Part shown: positions 45,420 to 59,950 of the stretch, piece by piece
How the letters are laid out: the number at the start of each line of letters is the position of its first letter
Position numbering within the stretch: position 1 is the stretch's first letter
Origin: an uncultured delta proteobacterium
GTDB lineage: Bacteria > Myxococcota > UBA727 > VGSZ01
Length of the DNA: 64,000 nucleotides
NCBI GenBank assembly: GCA_963775425.1
Contig: CAVZJB010000004.1
Coordinates: 64,001 to 128,000 of the forward strand
Reading direction: 5' to 3'
Notes under the pieces: generated by a model
Databases searched by the model: none
Seen by the model: the letters and a program-made list of their open reading frames with translations, nothing else
Told to the model about the DNA's origin: nothing
Position numbers and translations under genes: made by a program

Positions 45420-46361
45420 GTGCGCGTGCTCATCACCGGCATCAGCGGACAGGACGGCTCGTACCTCGCCGAGCAGCTCGTCGCCCGCGGAGACGAGGTC
45501 CACGGCGTCTCGCGGCGGGCCGGGGCGCCCATCGCGAACCTCGCCGGCGTCGCTGGGCGCGTGACGCTTCACGGCGCGAGCCTCACGGACCCCGACGCGG
45601 TCGACGCGCTCGTCGCCGCCGTCGAGCCCGAGCGCGTATTCCACCTCGCGGCGCGCAGCTTTATCGGCTCCGACGAGGCGGTCGGCATGGGCTTCAACGT
45701 CGACTCCACCCTCTGCCTCCTCGAGGTGCTCGCCCGCCGCAGACCTGGCGCGCGCCTCCTCCTCGCCGGCAGCGCCGCGCAGCTCGCCGGCGCGCAGGCG
45801 CCGCAGAGCGAGCGCGCGCGGCCGGCGCCGCTCACCACGTACGGCCTGAGCAAGCAGCTCGCCGCCGACGCCGTCGCGTTCTTCCGCGACACGCGTGGGC
45901 TGCACGCCGCCACCGCCATCCTCTTCAACCACGAGTCGCCCCGTCGCCCGCCGCGCTACGTCTCCAAGAAGCTCGCCACCGCCGCGGCGCGCATCGCCCG
46001 CGGCCTCGAGCGCTCCGTCGCCGTCGGCGACCTCGACGCGTGCCGCGACTGGGGCTACGCCCCGGAGTACGTCGACGCCATGGCGCGCATGACCGAGCTC
46101 GACGTCCCCGAGGACCTGGCGCTCGCCACGGGCGTGTCACACAGCGTCCGCGAGATGGCGGACGCCGCGTTCGCCGCCGCCGGCCTCGACGCCGCGGCCC
46201 ACCTCGTCGTCGAGCCGCGGCTCGTGCGGCCACCCGATCCCGTCCCGCTCGTCGGCGACGCCGCCCGCGCGCACGCGGTGCTCGGATGGCGCCCCCGCGC
46301 GTCGCTCGCCGACATCATGCGCGAGATGGTTCAGGCGGAGACGGCGGCGCTCGCCCGATGA
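45420..46361 (+). CDS. Divergent Gmd paralog (GDP-sugar SDR enzyme)
   Basis: ITGISGQDGSYL, YGLSK, NHESPRR and RDWG are retained, but ASSSELFG is replaced by GSAAQLAG. Confidence 0.8.
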   Translation: MRVLITGISGQDGSYLAEQLVARGDEVHGVSRRAGAPIANLAGVAGRVTLHGASLTDPDAVDALVAAVEPERVFHLAARSFIGSDEAVGMGFNVDSTLCLLEVLARRRPGARLLLAGSAAQLAGAQAPQSERARPAPLTTYGLSKQLAADAVAFFRDTRGLHAATAILFNHESPRRPPRYVSKKLATAAARIARGLERSVAVGDLDACRDWGYAPEYVDAMARMTELDVPEDLALATGVSHSVREMADAAFAAAGLDAAAHLVVEPRLVRPPDPVPLVGDAARAHAVLGWRPRASLADIMREMVQAETAALAR

Positions 46362-46388
46362 AGCGCGTGGGAAGCTGGTAGCGTCGCC

Positions 46389-47423
46389 GTGGTGCCTCTC
46401 GCCTCCTTCACGACCGTCGCGCTCGCGTTCGTGCTCGCCCTCGGCCTCGCGCTCTACATCGCGCCCATCCTCATCCGCGCGGCGCTCCGCTACGGCATCG
46501 TCGACAAGCCCAAGCCGCCGCTGAAGGTCCACGGCGATCCGGTGCCGTACCTCGGCGGGATGGTGGTGTTCGCCGCGTTCCTGGCGTCGCTGGCGATCAC
46601 GTTTCCCTTCGACAAGAGCGTGCTCGCCATCCTGTTGTCGTCGAGCCTGGTCGTCTCCGTCGGCCTCATCGACGACCTCGGCACCCTGGTCCCGAAGGAC
46701 AAATTCATCGGGCAGCTCGTCGCGGCGGTGGTGCTCGTCAAGGCCGGCGTGGCGGTGAACCTCGCGGCGCTCCCGTCGCCCGTCGACGAGGTCGTGAGCG
46801 TCCTGTGGCTGGTGACGTGCATGAACGCCTTCAACATCCTCGACGTGAGCGACGGCCTCGCCACCACCGCCGCGCTCGTCGGCGCGCTCGGGGCCAGCGC
46901 CATCGCGCTGTTGAACGGCGCGCCCATGGTCGCCGCCATGGCCGCGAGCCTCGCCGGCGCGTGCGTCGGCTTCCTGCGGGTGAACCGCCAGCCGGCGCGC
47001 ATGTACCTCGGCGACACCGGCTCCATGTTCCTCGGCGCGGTCCTGGGCGCGCTCGCCATGGTCGGGCGTTACAGCGACAGGAACGTGGTCTCGTCGTGGT
47101 TCGTGCCGCTGGCGCTCCTGGCCATCCCGCTGTTCGACCTCGTCCTCGTCGTCGTCGCCCGGCTCCGCGCCCGGCGGCCCATCTATCACGGCTCTCCGGA
47201 CCACTTCGCGGTGCGCCTGCGCCGCGCGGGTTGGAGCGCGCGGCGCATCGCGCGCACCGCGGGCTGCGTGGGCGCGTTGGTCATCGCCGCAGGCATAGGC
47301 TCCACGTTCCTCGACGACACGCACGCGGCGGCGGTGCTCGGCACGGCGACGCTCCTGCTCCTCGCCCTGCTCGTCGTTGTCCTCGTGCGCTACCCGCCCA
47401 CCCCGCCGCCAGAGGGCCCATGA
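46389..47423 (+). CDS. wecA: Undecaprenyl-phosphate sugar-1-phosphate transferase (WecA/MraY family)
   Basis: Multi-TM. DKP...KVH..PVPYLGG, GLIDD, NAFNILD..DGL, YLGDTGSMFLG. Confidence 0.8.
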   Translation: MVPLASFTTVALAFVLALGLALYIAPILIRAALRYGIVDKPKPPLKVHGDPVPYLGGMVVFAAFLASLAITFPFDKSVLAILLSSSLVVSVGLIDDLGTLVPKDKFIGQLVAAVVLVKAGVAVNLAALPSPVDEVVSVLWLVTCMNAFNILDVSDGLATTAALVGALGASAIALLNGAPMVAAMAASLAGACVGFLRVNRQPARMYLGDTGSMFLGAVLGALAMVGRYSDRNVVSSWFVPLALLAIPLFDLVLVVVARLRARRPIYHGSPDHFAVRLRRAGWSARRIARTAGCVGALVIAAGIGSTFLDDTHAAAVLGTATLLLLALLVVVLVRYPPTPPPEGP

Positions 47424-48865
47424 CCGGCGTCATCCACGTCGTCACGGCGCTCGAGCGCGGCGGCGCCCAGCGCGTGGTGCTGGAGACGGCGGCGCGGCTC
47501 CACCACCCGGGCCGGCCGCAGCTCGTCGTCACCGGGCCGCGCGCCGGCGGCGAGGGCGCGCTCGACGATGAGGCCGAGCGCCGCCTGGGCCGGCGCCTGC
47601 TGCGGCTCAAGAGCCTCGCCGGGCCCGTCGATCCCGTGCGCGACACCCTGTGCGTGCTCGATCTCGCGCGGCTCATCGACCGCGAGGTGAGCCGGCTCGG
47701 CTCGCCGGTGGTCGTGCACACGCACTCGAGCAAGGCCGGCGTCGTCGGGAGGCTCGCGGCCCGCGCCGTGCGCGGCGTGTATTCGGTCCACACCGTCCAC
47801 GGCTTCGGCCTCGATGCCCTCGGCGAGAAGCACCGCTGGGTCCTCGAAGCGGCCGAGCGCGCGTCGTCGGTGTGCGACGTCGCCGTGTTCGTCAGCGAGG
47901 CCGACCGCGCCGCCGCGTCACGGCTCGGTCTGTTCCGCGACGCACGCCACGAGGTCATCCGCGCCGGCGTCGACGTCGCGGCCTTCGCGGGCGTCGCCGG
48001 CGACCCCGCCCGCAGGCGCGAGGCGCTCGAGCGCTTCTTCACCCCTCTCCCCGCCCGCGGCTCGCCCGTCGACGGCGCCCGCGACCGGCTCCTGCGCGTC
48101 GGCGTCCACGACGTCGCCGTCGCCGGCGAGCGCTTGCGCGGCGCCGTCGCGAAGGGGCTGTCCTCCGAGGCCTCGCGGCGGTCGCCGTGGCCGCAGCCGC
48201 GCGGGCCCGTCGCCGTCACCGTCGGCAACCTCAAGGCGCAGAAGGACCCGCTCTTCCACCTCGAGGTGCTGCGCGCCTGGGCCGAGCGCCGCGCCTCGGG
48301 CGCGCGCGCCGCAGGCGCCGCCCGCACGCCAAGCCGAGGCGCGCCGAGGCGCGCGCCCGAAGGCTCGCCGCGCCTCCTGTTCGCCGGCGACGGGCCCTTG
48401 CGCGACGACGTCGCGGGACGCGCGCGCGAGCTCGGCCTCGACGGCGCGCTCGCCCTGCCGGGCTTCCTCGAGGATCCCCGCGACGCGCTCGCCGCCGGCG
48501 ACGTGTTCCTCCTGGCGTCGGCGTGGGAGGGGCTGCCCTGCTCCGTCGTCGAGGCGCTCGCCGCGGGGCTCCCGTGCGTCGTGCGCGACACCGGCTACGC
48601 CGCCGACCTCGCGTGGGCAAAGAAGGCCGTGCGCGCGCTCCCCCACGACGCGCCGCCCGAAGCGTTCGCCGCCGCGCTCGACGACGTCGTCGGCGCGCCG
48701 CCGCGGATCCCCAAGGTGCCGCGCGCCTTCACCGTCGCCGGCATGCTCCAGGCGCTCTCGCGTCTGTACGACGAGCTCATCGGGCCGCCGCGGCCGACGG
48801 GGCCTCTGTTCGGGCGGCGGCGCGCCGGCAGAGGAAGTGCCAGTAGGGCAAGCCGTCGGAGATGA
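47420..48865 (+). CDS. GT4 family glycosyltransferase with low-complexity insertions
   Basis: GGAQRVV, VHTHSSKAG, HTVHG, VGNLKAQKD, GDGPLR, SAWEGLPCSVVEALAAGLP. Confidence 0.85.
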   Translation: MTGVIHVVTALERGGAQRVVLETAARLHHPGRPQLVVTGPRAGGEGALDDEAERRLGRRLLRLKSLAGPVDPVRDTLCVLDLARLIDREVSRLGSPVVVHTHSSKAGVVGRLAARAVRGVYSVHTVHGFGLDALGEKHRWVLEAAERASSVCDVAVFVSEADRAAASRLGLFRDARHEVIRAGVDVAAFAGVAGDPARRREALERFFTPLPARGSPVDGARDRLLRVGVHDVAVAGERLRGAVAKGLSSEASRRSPWPQPRGPVAVTVGNLKAQKDPLFHLEVLRAWAERRASGARAAGAARTPSRGAPRRAPEGSPRLLFAGDGPLRDDVAGRARELGLDGALALPGFLEDPRDALAAGDVFLLASAWEGLPCSVVEALAAGLPCVVRDTGYAADLAWAKKAVRALPHDAPPEAFAAALDDVVGAPPRIPKVPRAFTVAGMLQALSRLYDELIGPPRPTGPLFGRRRAGRGSASRASRRR

Positions 48866-49883
48866 CGACGTCGTCGAAGCTGTCCCGCAGCGTGCGGATT
48901 CTGATCGCGGGTGACCCGCTGCTCGATGCTCGTGAAGAAGCGGTCGTAGACGTCCTGCTCGATCCGCCTCGTCGACATGCCGTGGTACGCGTCCCACAAC
49001 GGCACCGACGACGCCCACGCGCGCGCGTCGCCACCCGGCACGATGTGCTCCGCCGCGGCCACGGCGTCGCCGAGCGCGATGAGCGGCTTGTACACGCCGA
49101 CGGCGCCGGCGTGGGCGATGCGCCGGCGCAGCTCCTCGTCGCGCAGCCGCGAGAGCGCGCGGCGCGCGACGGTGACGCCCGCGAGGATGGCGCGCCAGTG
49201 CGCCGGCCGGTTCTCGAGCGCGTAGTACACGAAGATCAACAGCTCCGGCGCGAGGCGCCGCATGCGCCGCACCTCGTCGAGGCACGGCGTCGGGAGCGTC
49301 TGCAACACGCCCAGGCAGTAGGCGAGGTCCGCGCAGTCGTCGCGGAAGGGGAGGTCCGTGATGTCGCCGAGGAAGAAGAGGCAGTTGCCGGCGCCGCGGA
49401 GGTTGTCGCGCGCGACAAAGATGGCGTCGGAGTAGTCGACGAGCACCACCTCGCGGGCCCTGTCGACGAGCTGCATGCTCCAGCGCCCCGAGCCGCAGCC
49501 GAGGTCGAGCAGCCGCTTGTCGCCGAGGTCGTCGACATCGACGAGGTCGAAGTAGCGCGCGAGTTCGCGGCGGTGCTCGGGGAGCAGCTCGCGATAGGCG
49601 TCCCACTCCCGCCCGAACGAGCGCTGGATGTCCGGCGCGAAGCCCGCTGCCGAGGCGGGGTCGGCCGCGCGCCCGTCAGGAGCGGCGGCGTCGCGCCACG
49701 CGGCGTCGCGGCCCGACAGGCGCGCGCGCGTGTCGGCGCTGAGCCGCTCGGGCTCCACGAGGATCACGACGTCGTCGACGACCTCGTAGCGCCTGCCACG
49801 CACCACGAGCGCGCGCGCCGTGAGCGACACGTCCGCGGGAGCCACGCCGAAGAGGTCCGCGACCGCCCCGCGGGTGTCCATGC

Positions 49884-49887
<4 letters not shown>
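48777..49887 (-). pseudogene. Class I SAM-dependent methyltransferase with +1 frameshift near the C-terminus (~48899), possibly a sequencing error
   Basis: SFGREW, LLDLGCGSGRW, GDITDLPFRDD, YDRFFTSIEQR. The natural continuation IRTLRDSFDDVVISDGLPYWHFLC lies in the adjacent frame. Confidence 0.75.
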
Positions 49888-51296
<1,409 letters not shown>

Positions 51297-51325
51297 ACGT
51301 GCCGCATCCTACACGGCGGCGCCGC

Positions 51326-52966
<1,641 letters not shown>

Positions 52967-53036
52967 CGGCGCCCCGGTCGGGACCCGCGGTGGAGGCGAC
53001 CGCGGCGACCGGGGAGCGCGACCAGGCGTGGCGGAG

Positions 53037-54242
53037 CTACTGGATCGTGGAGGCAATCGTAAAGATCGGGAGGTACATGGCGACGAGGAAGCCGCCGAGC
53101 ACGACGGCCAGGAACACCATGATGATCGGCTCGAGGAGGGACGTCAGGCCGGCGACGGCGGCGTCGACCTCTTCCTCGTAGAAGTCCGCGATCTTGTTCA
53201 GCATGGTGTCGAGCGCACCCGCGCTCTCACCGATGGCCACCATCTGACAGACCATGGAGGGGAAGATCTTGGTCTCCGCCATCGGCTCCGCCAGCGTCTT
53301 GCCTTCCGCCACGCGCTTGCGCGAGTAGGAGATCGCATCGCCGACGACGACGTTGCCGGACGCGCGCGCGACGATGTCGAGAGCGTCGAGGATGGGGACG
53401 CCGGAGCTCAGCATGGTGCCCATGGTGCGCGTGAAGCGGGCGACCGCGCTCTTTCTGATGAGCGGGCCGAAGATGGGCAAGCCGAGAAAGACCTGATCGA
53501 GCATGCGCCGGCCGCGCGGGGAGCGCCGGAACGCGTTGAAGATGACGATCAGGATGGGCGGGCCGAAGACGAACACGTACCAGTGATCCGTCGACCACTG
53601 CGACAGGTCGATGACCATCTGCGTCGGCACCGGCAGCGCGCTGCCGAAGTCGGCGAACATCTTCTTGAACACCGGGATCACGAAGAGCAAGAGCACCGCG
53701 ATGGCGCCGATGGCGACCGTCATGACGGCGATGGGATAGAAGAGCGCGCCCTTGATCTGCTTCGCGAGCTTGACGGACTTCTCCGTCTGCATCGCGAGAC
53801 GCGTCATGATGGTGTCGAGGATACCGCCCGTCTCGCCGGCGGCGACGAGGTTGACGAAGAGGGGATCGAACACCTTGGGGTGGCGCGACAACGCGTCCGC
53901 GAACGTCTTGCCTTGCTCGACGTCGCTCTTGACCTGGCCGAGCACCTTCTTGAACCAGATGTTCTCGTTTTGCGAGTGCAGGATGTCGAGGCACTGCACC
54001 AGCGGCAGGCCCGCGTCGATCATCGTCGAGAACTGGCGGGTGAAGAGCATCAGGTCGCGGGTGCTGACGCCGCTCGACCCGGGGATCTTGAAGTGGAGCT
54101 CCGCCGGCTTCTTCTTCACCTTCGTGGGCTGGAGCTGCTGCGCGCGCAGGCGCTGCTCGACCATGTCCGCGGTAGCGGCTTCCATCTCGCCGTTGCGGAG
54201 CTCTCCGGTCTTGCTCTTGGCCGTCCAAACAAAGAGGGGCAT
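53037..54242 (-). CDS. pilC: Type IV pilus inner-membrane platform protein
   Basis: FTRQFSTMIDAGLPLVQCL, AGETGGILD, ARFTRTMGTMLSSGVPIL, LEPIIMVFL, AMYLPIF. Confidence 0.95.
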   Translation of the reverse strand: MPLFVWTAKSKTGELRNGEMEAATADMVEQRLRAQQLQPTKVKKKPAELHFKIPGSSGVSTRDLMLFTRQFSTMIDAGLPLVQCLDILHSQNENIWFKKVLGQVKSDVEQGKTFADALSRHPKVFDPLFVNLVAAGETGGILDTIMTRLAMQTEKSVKLAKQIKGALFYPIAVMTVAIGAIAVLLLFVIPVFKKMFADFGSALPVPTQMVIDLSQWSTDHWYVFVFGPPILIVIFNAFRRSPRGRRMLDQVFLGLPIFGPLIRKSAVARFTRTMGTMLSSGVPILDALDIVARASGNVVVGDAISYSRKRVAEGKTLAEPMAETKIFPSMVCQMVAIGESAGALDTMLNKIADFYEEEVDAAVAGLTSLLEPIIMVFLAVVLGGFLVAMYLPIFTIASTIQ

Positions 54243-54375
54243 TGAATCCTCCAGCCGACGCCCTCGAGGCTAACAGGCAGCCTCGCGGGACGTGAAATCA
54301 GCGCACTTCCGACCATAACTCCGCACGGAAGTGCTCGTCCTCAAAACACTTTTCTTGTCTCACCCCGGACCGGCC

Positions 54376-55518
54376 TCAGCGCCCCCGCGCCTGGCGGCCC
54401 GCGTTCGCCGGCGGCGGCGCTCCCCCGGCGGCGATGCCGTTTTGGATGAGCATCTGGCGGAACTCGTCGATCTCGGAGCAGCGCCCGAGCGCCTCGTCGA
54501 CGGAGATCATCTTTCGCTGCACCAGGCTCAACAGCGACTGGTTCAGCGTGAGCATGCCGTAGCGGTTCTGGCCGACCTGCATCTGCGAGTAGATCTGGTG
54601 GACCTTGTCTTCCCGGATGAGGTTCCGGATGGCCACGTTGGGGATCATGATCTCGAGCGCGAGCACGCGGCCGTTGCCGCCGAGCTTGGGGATGAGCTGC
54701 TGCGACAGCACGGCCTCGAGGACGAAGCTGAGGTTCGCGCGGATCTGCGCCTGCTGATACGGCGGGAAGACGTCGATGATGCGGTTGATGGTCTGCACGG
54801 CGCCGTTGGTGTGCAGCGTGGCGAACGCGAGGTGACCGGTCTCCGCGATGATCAGCGCCGCCTCGATGGTCTCGAGGTCGCGCATCTCGCCGATGAGCAC
54901 GACGTCGGGGTCCTGGCGCAGCACGTACTTGAGCGCCTTCTTGAAGTTGTCCGTGTCGGCACCGACCTCGCGCTGGTTGACGATGGAGCTCTTGTGCGGG
55001 TGCAGGTACTCGATGGGGTCTTCGATGGTGAGGATGTGGTAGTGGCCCTCCTGGTTGATCTTGTCGATGATCGACGCGAGCGTCGTCGACTTGCCCGACC
55101 CCGTGGGCCCCGTGCACAACACCAGTCCGCGCGGGCGATCGGCGATGTCGTTGACCACCGGCGGCAGCCCCAGCTCCTGGAACGTGAGGATCTTGAACGG
55201 GATGGTCCGGAACGCCGCGGCCACCGCGCCGCGCTGCATGAACAGGTTGGCGCGGAAGCGGGCCAGCGACTTCACGCCGAAGGAGAGGTCGAGCTCGTTT
55301 TCCTCCTCGAACTTGTGCTTCTGCGCGTCGGTGAGGATGGAGTAGCACAGCTGCTTGGTGTCCACCGGCGACAGCGGCGGCACCTTGAGCGGCACCAGGT
55401 CGCCGTCGATGCGCAACTGCGGCGGTGTGCCGGTGGTGATGTGGAGGTCGCTGGCCCCCTTTTCGATCATCGCCTTCAGCAACTGGTGCAGATTCACCGG
55501 GGGCGCGGGCTGGCTCAT
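54376..55518 (-). CDS. pilT: Type IV pilus retraction ATPase
   Basis: ASDLHIT, GPTGSGKSTTL, TIEDPIE, LRQDPD, AETGHL, AIRNLIRE motif. Confidence 0.96.
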   Translation of the reverse strand: MSQPAPPVNLHQLLKAMIEKGASDLHITTGTPPQLRIDGDLVPLKVPPLSPVDTKQLCYSILTDAQKHKFEEENELDLSFGVKSLARFRANLFMQRGAVAAAFRTIPFKILTFQELGLPPVVNDIADRPRGLVLCTGPTGSGKSTTLASIIDKINQEGHYHILTIEDPIEYLHPHKSSIVNQREVGADTDNFKKALKYVLRQDPDVVLIGEMRDLETIEAALIIAETGHLAFATLHTNGAVQTINRIIDVFPPYQQAQIRANLSFVLEAVLSQQLIPKLGGNGRVLALEIMIPNVAIRNLIREDKVHQIYSQMQVGQNRYGMLTLNQSLLSLVQRKMISVDEALGRCSEIDEFRQMLIQNGIAAGGAPPPANAGRQARGR

Positions 55519-55582
55519 CAATGTCCTCTCACGTCGGCGCAGAGTGGCACGGGGGCGCGCTCGAAGTCACGCCGGCCCAGGG

Positions 55583-57307
<1,725 letters not shown>

Positions 57308-57360
57308 ACGGGGCTCCTTCAGACGTCTTTCGGTTCGGGCATCCTAGACCAGATCCTGCG

Positions 57361-57984
57361 TCACGTGCGGCGGCGGACCAGGAGGCGCGCACCGTACGCT
57401 CCCTCGTCACGCGCGACGTCGAGGCTCGGTGTGCGAGCAAGCGCTTCGGCGGCCGCGGGGTGCGCGTGCGCCGGGTAGGTCCACGCCGGAACCCACACGC
57501 GGTCGCGGCGACGTTTGAGGTGCACGATCCCACGCTCCTTCGCGGGATCGAGGCGCGCCGCCGACGCGAACCCCGCGAGCGCGGCGCCGATGCGCTCCGG
57601 CAACAGCGCGGGGCCGCACGACGTGGGCACGCCGTCGAACCGGACGAGCAGCACCTGGCTGCCGAAGCCGCCGTCGAGGAAGGACACGGCGACGTCCGCG
57701 GCTCCCGCGCGAATGACGCCGGCCGCGGCCCGCGCCCGCAGGTGCGCTTCGAGCGGCGCGTGCACCTTGCGCGGCGGCGACATCACCTCGCGCCACGTGC
57801 CGTCGATGCGGTACCAGACCAGCAGCTCGCGCGGCCGCGGCTCGATGAGCGCCTCCGCCGCGTCCTGCAGACGCATGTCGGTGAGGATGAAGCCCACGAG
57901 CTCCGCCATCGGGCCGCGGCTCCGGCGCGGCCGCAGCCCGTCGCCGACGAGGTTCGGACGAACGAGGAGCTCACCACGGCGCAT
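57361..57984 (-). CDS. ATPase-less PilB/GspE N-terminal-domain-like protein (207 aa)
   Basis: AGGAGG RBS. MRRGELLVRPNLV and LVGFIL...IEP...VWYRIDGTWREVMSPP align by eye with the adjacent PilB. No Walker motifs. Confidence 0.7.
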   Translation of the reverse strand: MRRGELLVRPNLVGDGLRPRRSRGPMAELVGFILTDMRLQDAAEALIEPRPRELLVWYRIDGTWREVMSPPRKVHAPLEAHLRARAAAGVIRAGAADVAVSFLDGGFGSQVLLVRFDGVPTSCGPALLPERIGAALAGFASAARLDPAKERGIVHLKRRRDRVWVPAWTYPAHAHPAAAEALARTPSLDVARDEGAYGARLLVRRRT

Positions 57985-58119
57985 GCTCACCTCCTGTGCG
58001 CTGACGCTAGCCCCTGTGACCGAGATCACGCGATGCCGGCTCAAAGAGAGACAAGACGCGCGAAGAAGCGTGATCGAACAAGCACTTGCGCGACGAGCCT
58101 CCGCGGCGGCGGGCGCGGC

Positions 58120-58944
58120 TCAGACCCGCGCGGCGAGCGCGCGGCGCATGGCGCCGGCGGCGGCGTCGGGGAGGGGCGCGTTCAAGAACAGCGACAGCGC
58201 GGCCTGCGCCTGCGCGAGCAGCATCAGGGTGCCATCGACGAACAGGTGCCCCGCGCCGAGCGCCGCGTCTCGGCTCGGCCGCGCGGCGGCCCCGTAGCGC
58301 AGCTCGTGCACCGCGCCCGGTCCGGCGAGCGCGCGCGCGATGGCGGCGGCGGGGTCGTCGAGGGCGGACGCCGCGAGGACGGCCACCGACGCGCCGCAGG
58401 GCTCGTCGGCGGCGATGCCCTCGAGGCCCAGCGACGCGGCGAGGGCAACGAGGCCGTTGGCCCGCGCCGCGGAGCGGGCGTGGACGACGACGCCGCGGGC
58501 GCCCGCTTGCTGTGCGGCGACGACGACGGCGCGGGCCGCGCCGCCGGCGCCGACGACGGCGACGGTGCGCCCCTCGATGTGCAACGCCGATCGCTTCCAG
58601 GCGAACAGGAGGCCGCCGACGTCGGTGTTGGCGGCGAGCACGGCGTGACGGCGCGCGTCGTCGCCTTCGGCGAACACCACGGTGTTGACCGCGCCCGTCG
58701 CGCGCGCGTCGTCGTCGAGGACGGCGGCGAAGCGGGCGGCGGCGGCGACCTTGTACGGTGCGGTGACGTTGATGCCGCCGCAGCGGGCCTCGGCCTCGTC
58801 CAGGACGACCGCGAGCTCGTCGGCGGTGCACGGCTGCAGCAGGTAGCGCGGCGGCTCCCCCATGGCGGCGAGCGCGGCGTTGTGCATCGCGGGCGACGGC
58901 GAGCGCGCGATGTCGTCGCCGACGAGCCACAGCGGCGCGGTCAC
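58120..58944 (-). CDS. aroE: Shikimate dehydrogenase
   Basis: SPSPAMHN, GINVTAPYK, GAVNT, NTDVGG, GAGGAARA, DGTLMLLAQA. Confidence 0.9.
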   Translation of the reverse strand: MTAPLWLVGDDIARSPSPAMHNAALAAMGEPPRYLLQPCTADELAVVLDEAEARCGGINVTAPYKVAAAARFAAVLDDDARATGAVNTVVFAEGDDARRHAVLAANTDVGGLLFAWKRSALHIEGRTVAVVGAGGAARAVVVAAQQAGARGVVVHARSAARANGLVALAASLGLEGIAADEPCGASVAVLAASALDDPAAAIARALAGPGAVHELRYGAAARPSRDAALGAGHLFVDGTLMLLAQAQAALSLFLNAPLPDAAAGAMRRALAARV

Positions 58945-59855
58945 GCAAGGGCCCGGCGCGCGTCGACGATGTCGCGCGCGATCTGCGCCTTCAGCGCGTC
59001 GATGCTCGGGAAGCGCATCTCATCGCGCACGCGCGCCACGACGTCGAGATGCAGGCGCGTGCCGTAGAGGTCGCCGTCGAAGCCGAGCAGGTGGGCCTCG
59101 ATGTGCACGCCGGTGACGCCGGCGAAGGTGGGGCGCAGGCCGATGTTCGTCACGCTGTCGAAGGTGCGCCCGTCGTGAACGACGGCCCGCGTGGCGTACA
59201 CCCCGAGGCGCGGCAACAGCTCGCGCGCGGTGCGCAGGTTGGCGGTGGGCACGCCGATGGTGCGGCCGCGGCTGTCGCCGTGCACCACCTCGCCCTCGAG
59301 CCAATAGGGCCGGCCGAGCAGGCGCGACGCCGCGTCCACCTTGCCCGCGAGCACCAGCTCGCGGATCTTGGACGAGCTGCACACGAGGTCGCCCTCGCGC
59401 ACCGGCGGCACCACCTCGACGACGGAGAGCGCCGCGCGCAAGACCTCGGCGGTGCCGGTGGCGCGGTGGCCGAAGCGGAACCCCTCGCCGACCACGGCAC
59501 CGGCGGCGCCGAGGTGCGAGACGAGGACGCCGTCGGTGAAGTCGTCGGCGGACATGGCCGCCAGCGCCGCGTCGAAGCGCAGCACCCGCAGGACGTCGAT
59601 GCCGGCGGCGGCGATGCCCTGCTCCTTCTCCTCCTCGGTGAGGATCAACTGCGGCGCGAGCGCGGGGTTCAAGACGCGCGCGGGGTGCGGCGAGAAGGTA
59701 AGCACCCCCGACATCGCGCCGCGCGCCGCGGCGACGTCGCGGGCGCGGGCGAAGAGCGCCTGGTGCCCGCGGTGCAGCCCGTCGAAGTTGCCGATGGCCC
59801 ACACCGCGCCGCGCGCGTCGTCGGGGAAGGCGTCCTCATCGCGGAAGGTGCGCAT
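58941..59855 (-). CDS. ribF: Bifunctional riboflavin kinase / FAD synthetase
   Basis: IGNFDGLHRGHQ, TFSPHP, FRFG, SSSKIR, GRTIGVPTANL, NIGLRPTF, EAHLL. Confidence 0.95.
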   Translation of the reverse strand: MRTFRDEDAFPDDARGAVWAIGNFDGLHRGHQALFARARDVAAARGAMSGVLTFSPHPARVLNPALAPQLILTEEEKEQGIAAAGIDVLRVLRFDAALAAMSADDFTDGVLVSHLGAAGAVVGEGFRFGHRATGTAEVLRAALSVVEVVPPVREGDLVCSSSKIRELVLAGKVDAASRLLGRPYWLEGEVVHGDSRGRTIGVPTANLRTARELLPRLGVYATRAVVHDGRTFDSVTNIGLRPTFAGVTGVHIEAHLLGFDGDLYGTRLHLDVVARVRDEMRFPSIDALKAQIARDIVDARRALA

Positions 59856-59950
59856 GCGCTTGCGTAGCGGTCCACGGCAGCAAAGCAACCCCGGCCCCGC
59901 GGTGACGGGCGGGCGCCGGCGCGGGTGGGTTTCCGGCTACACTCCGCGCC

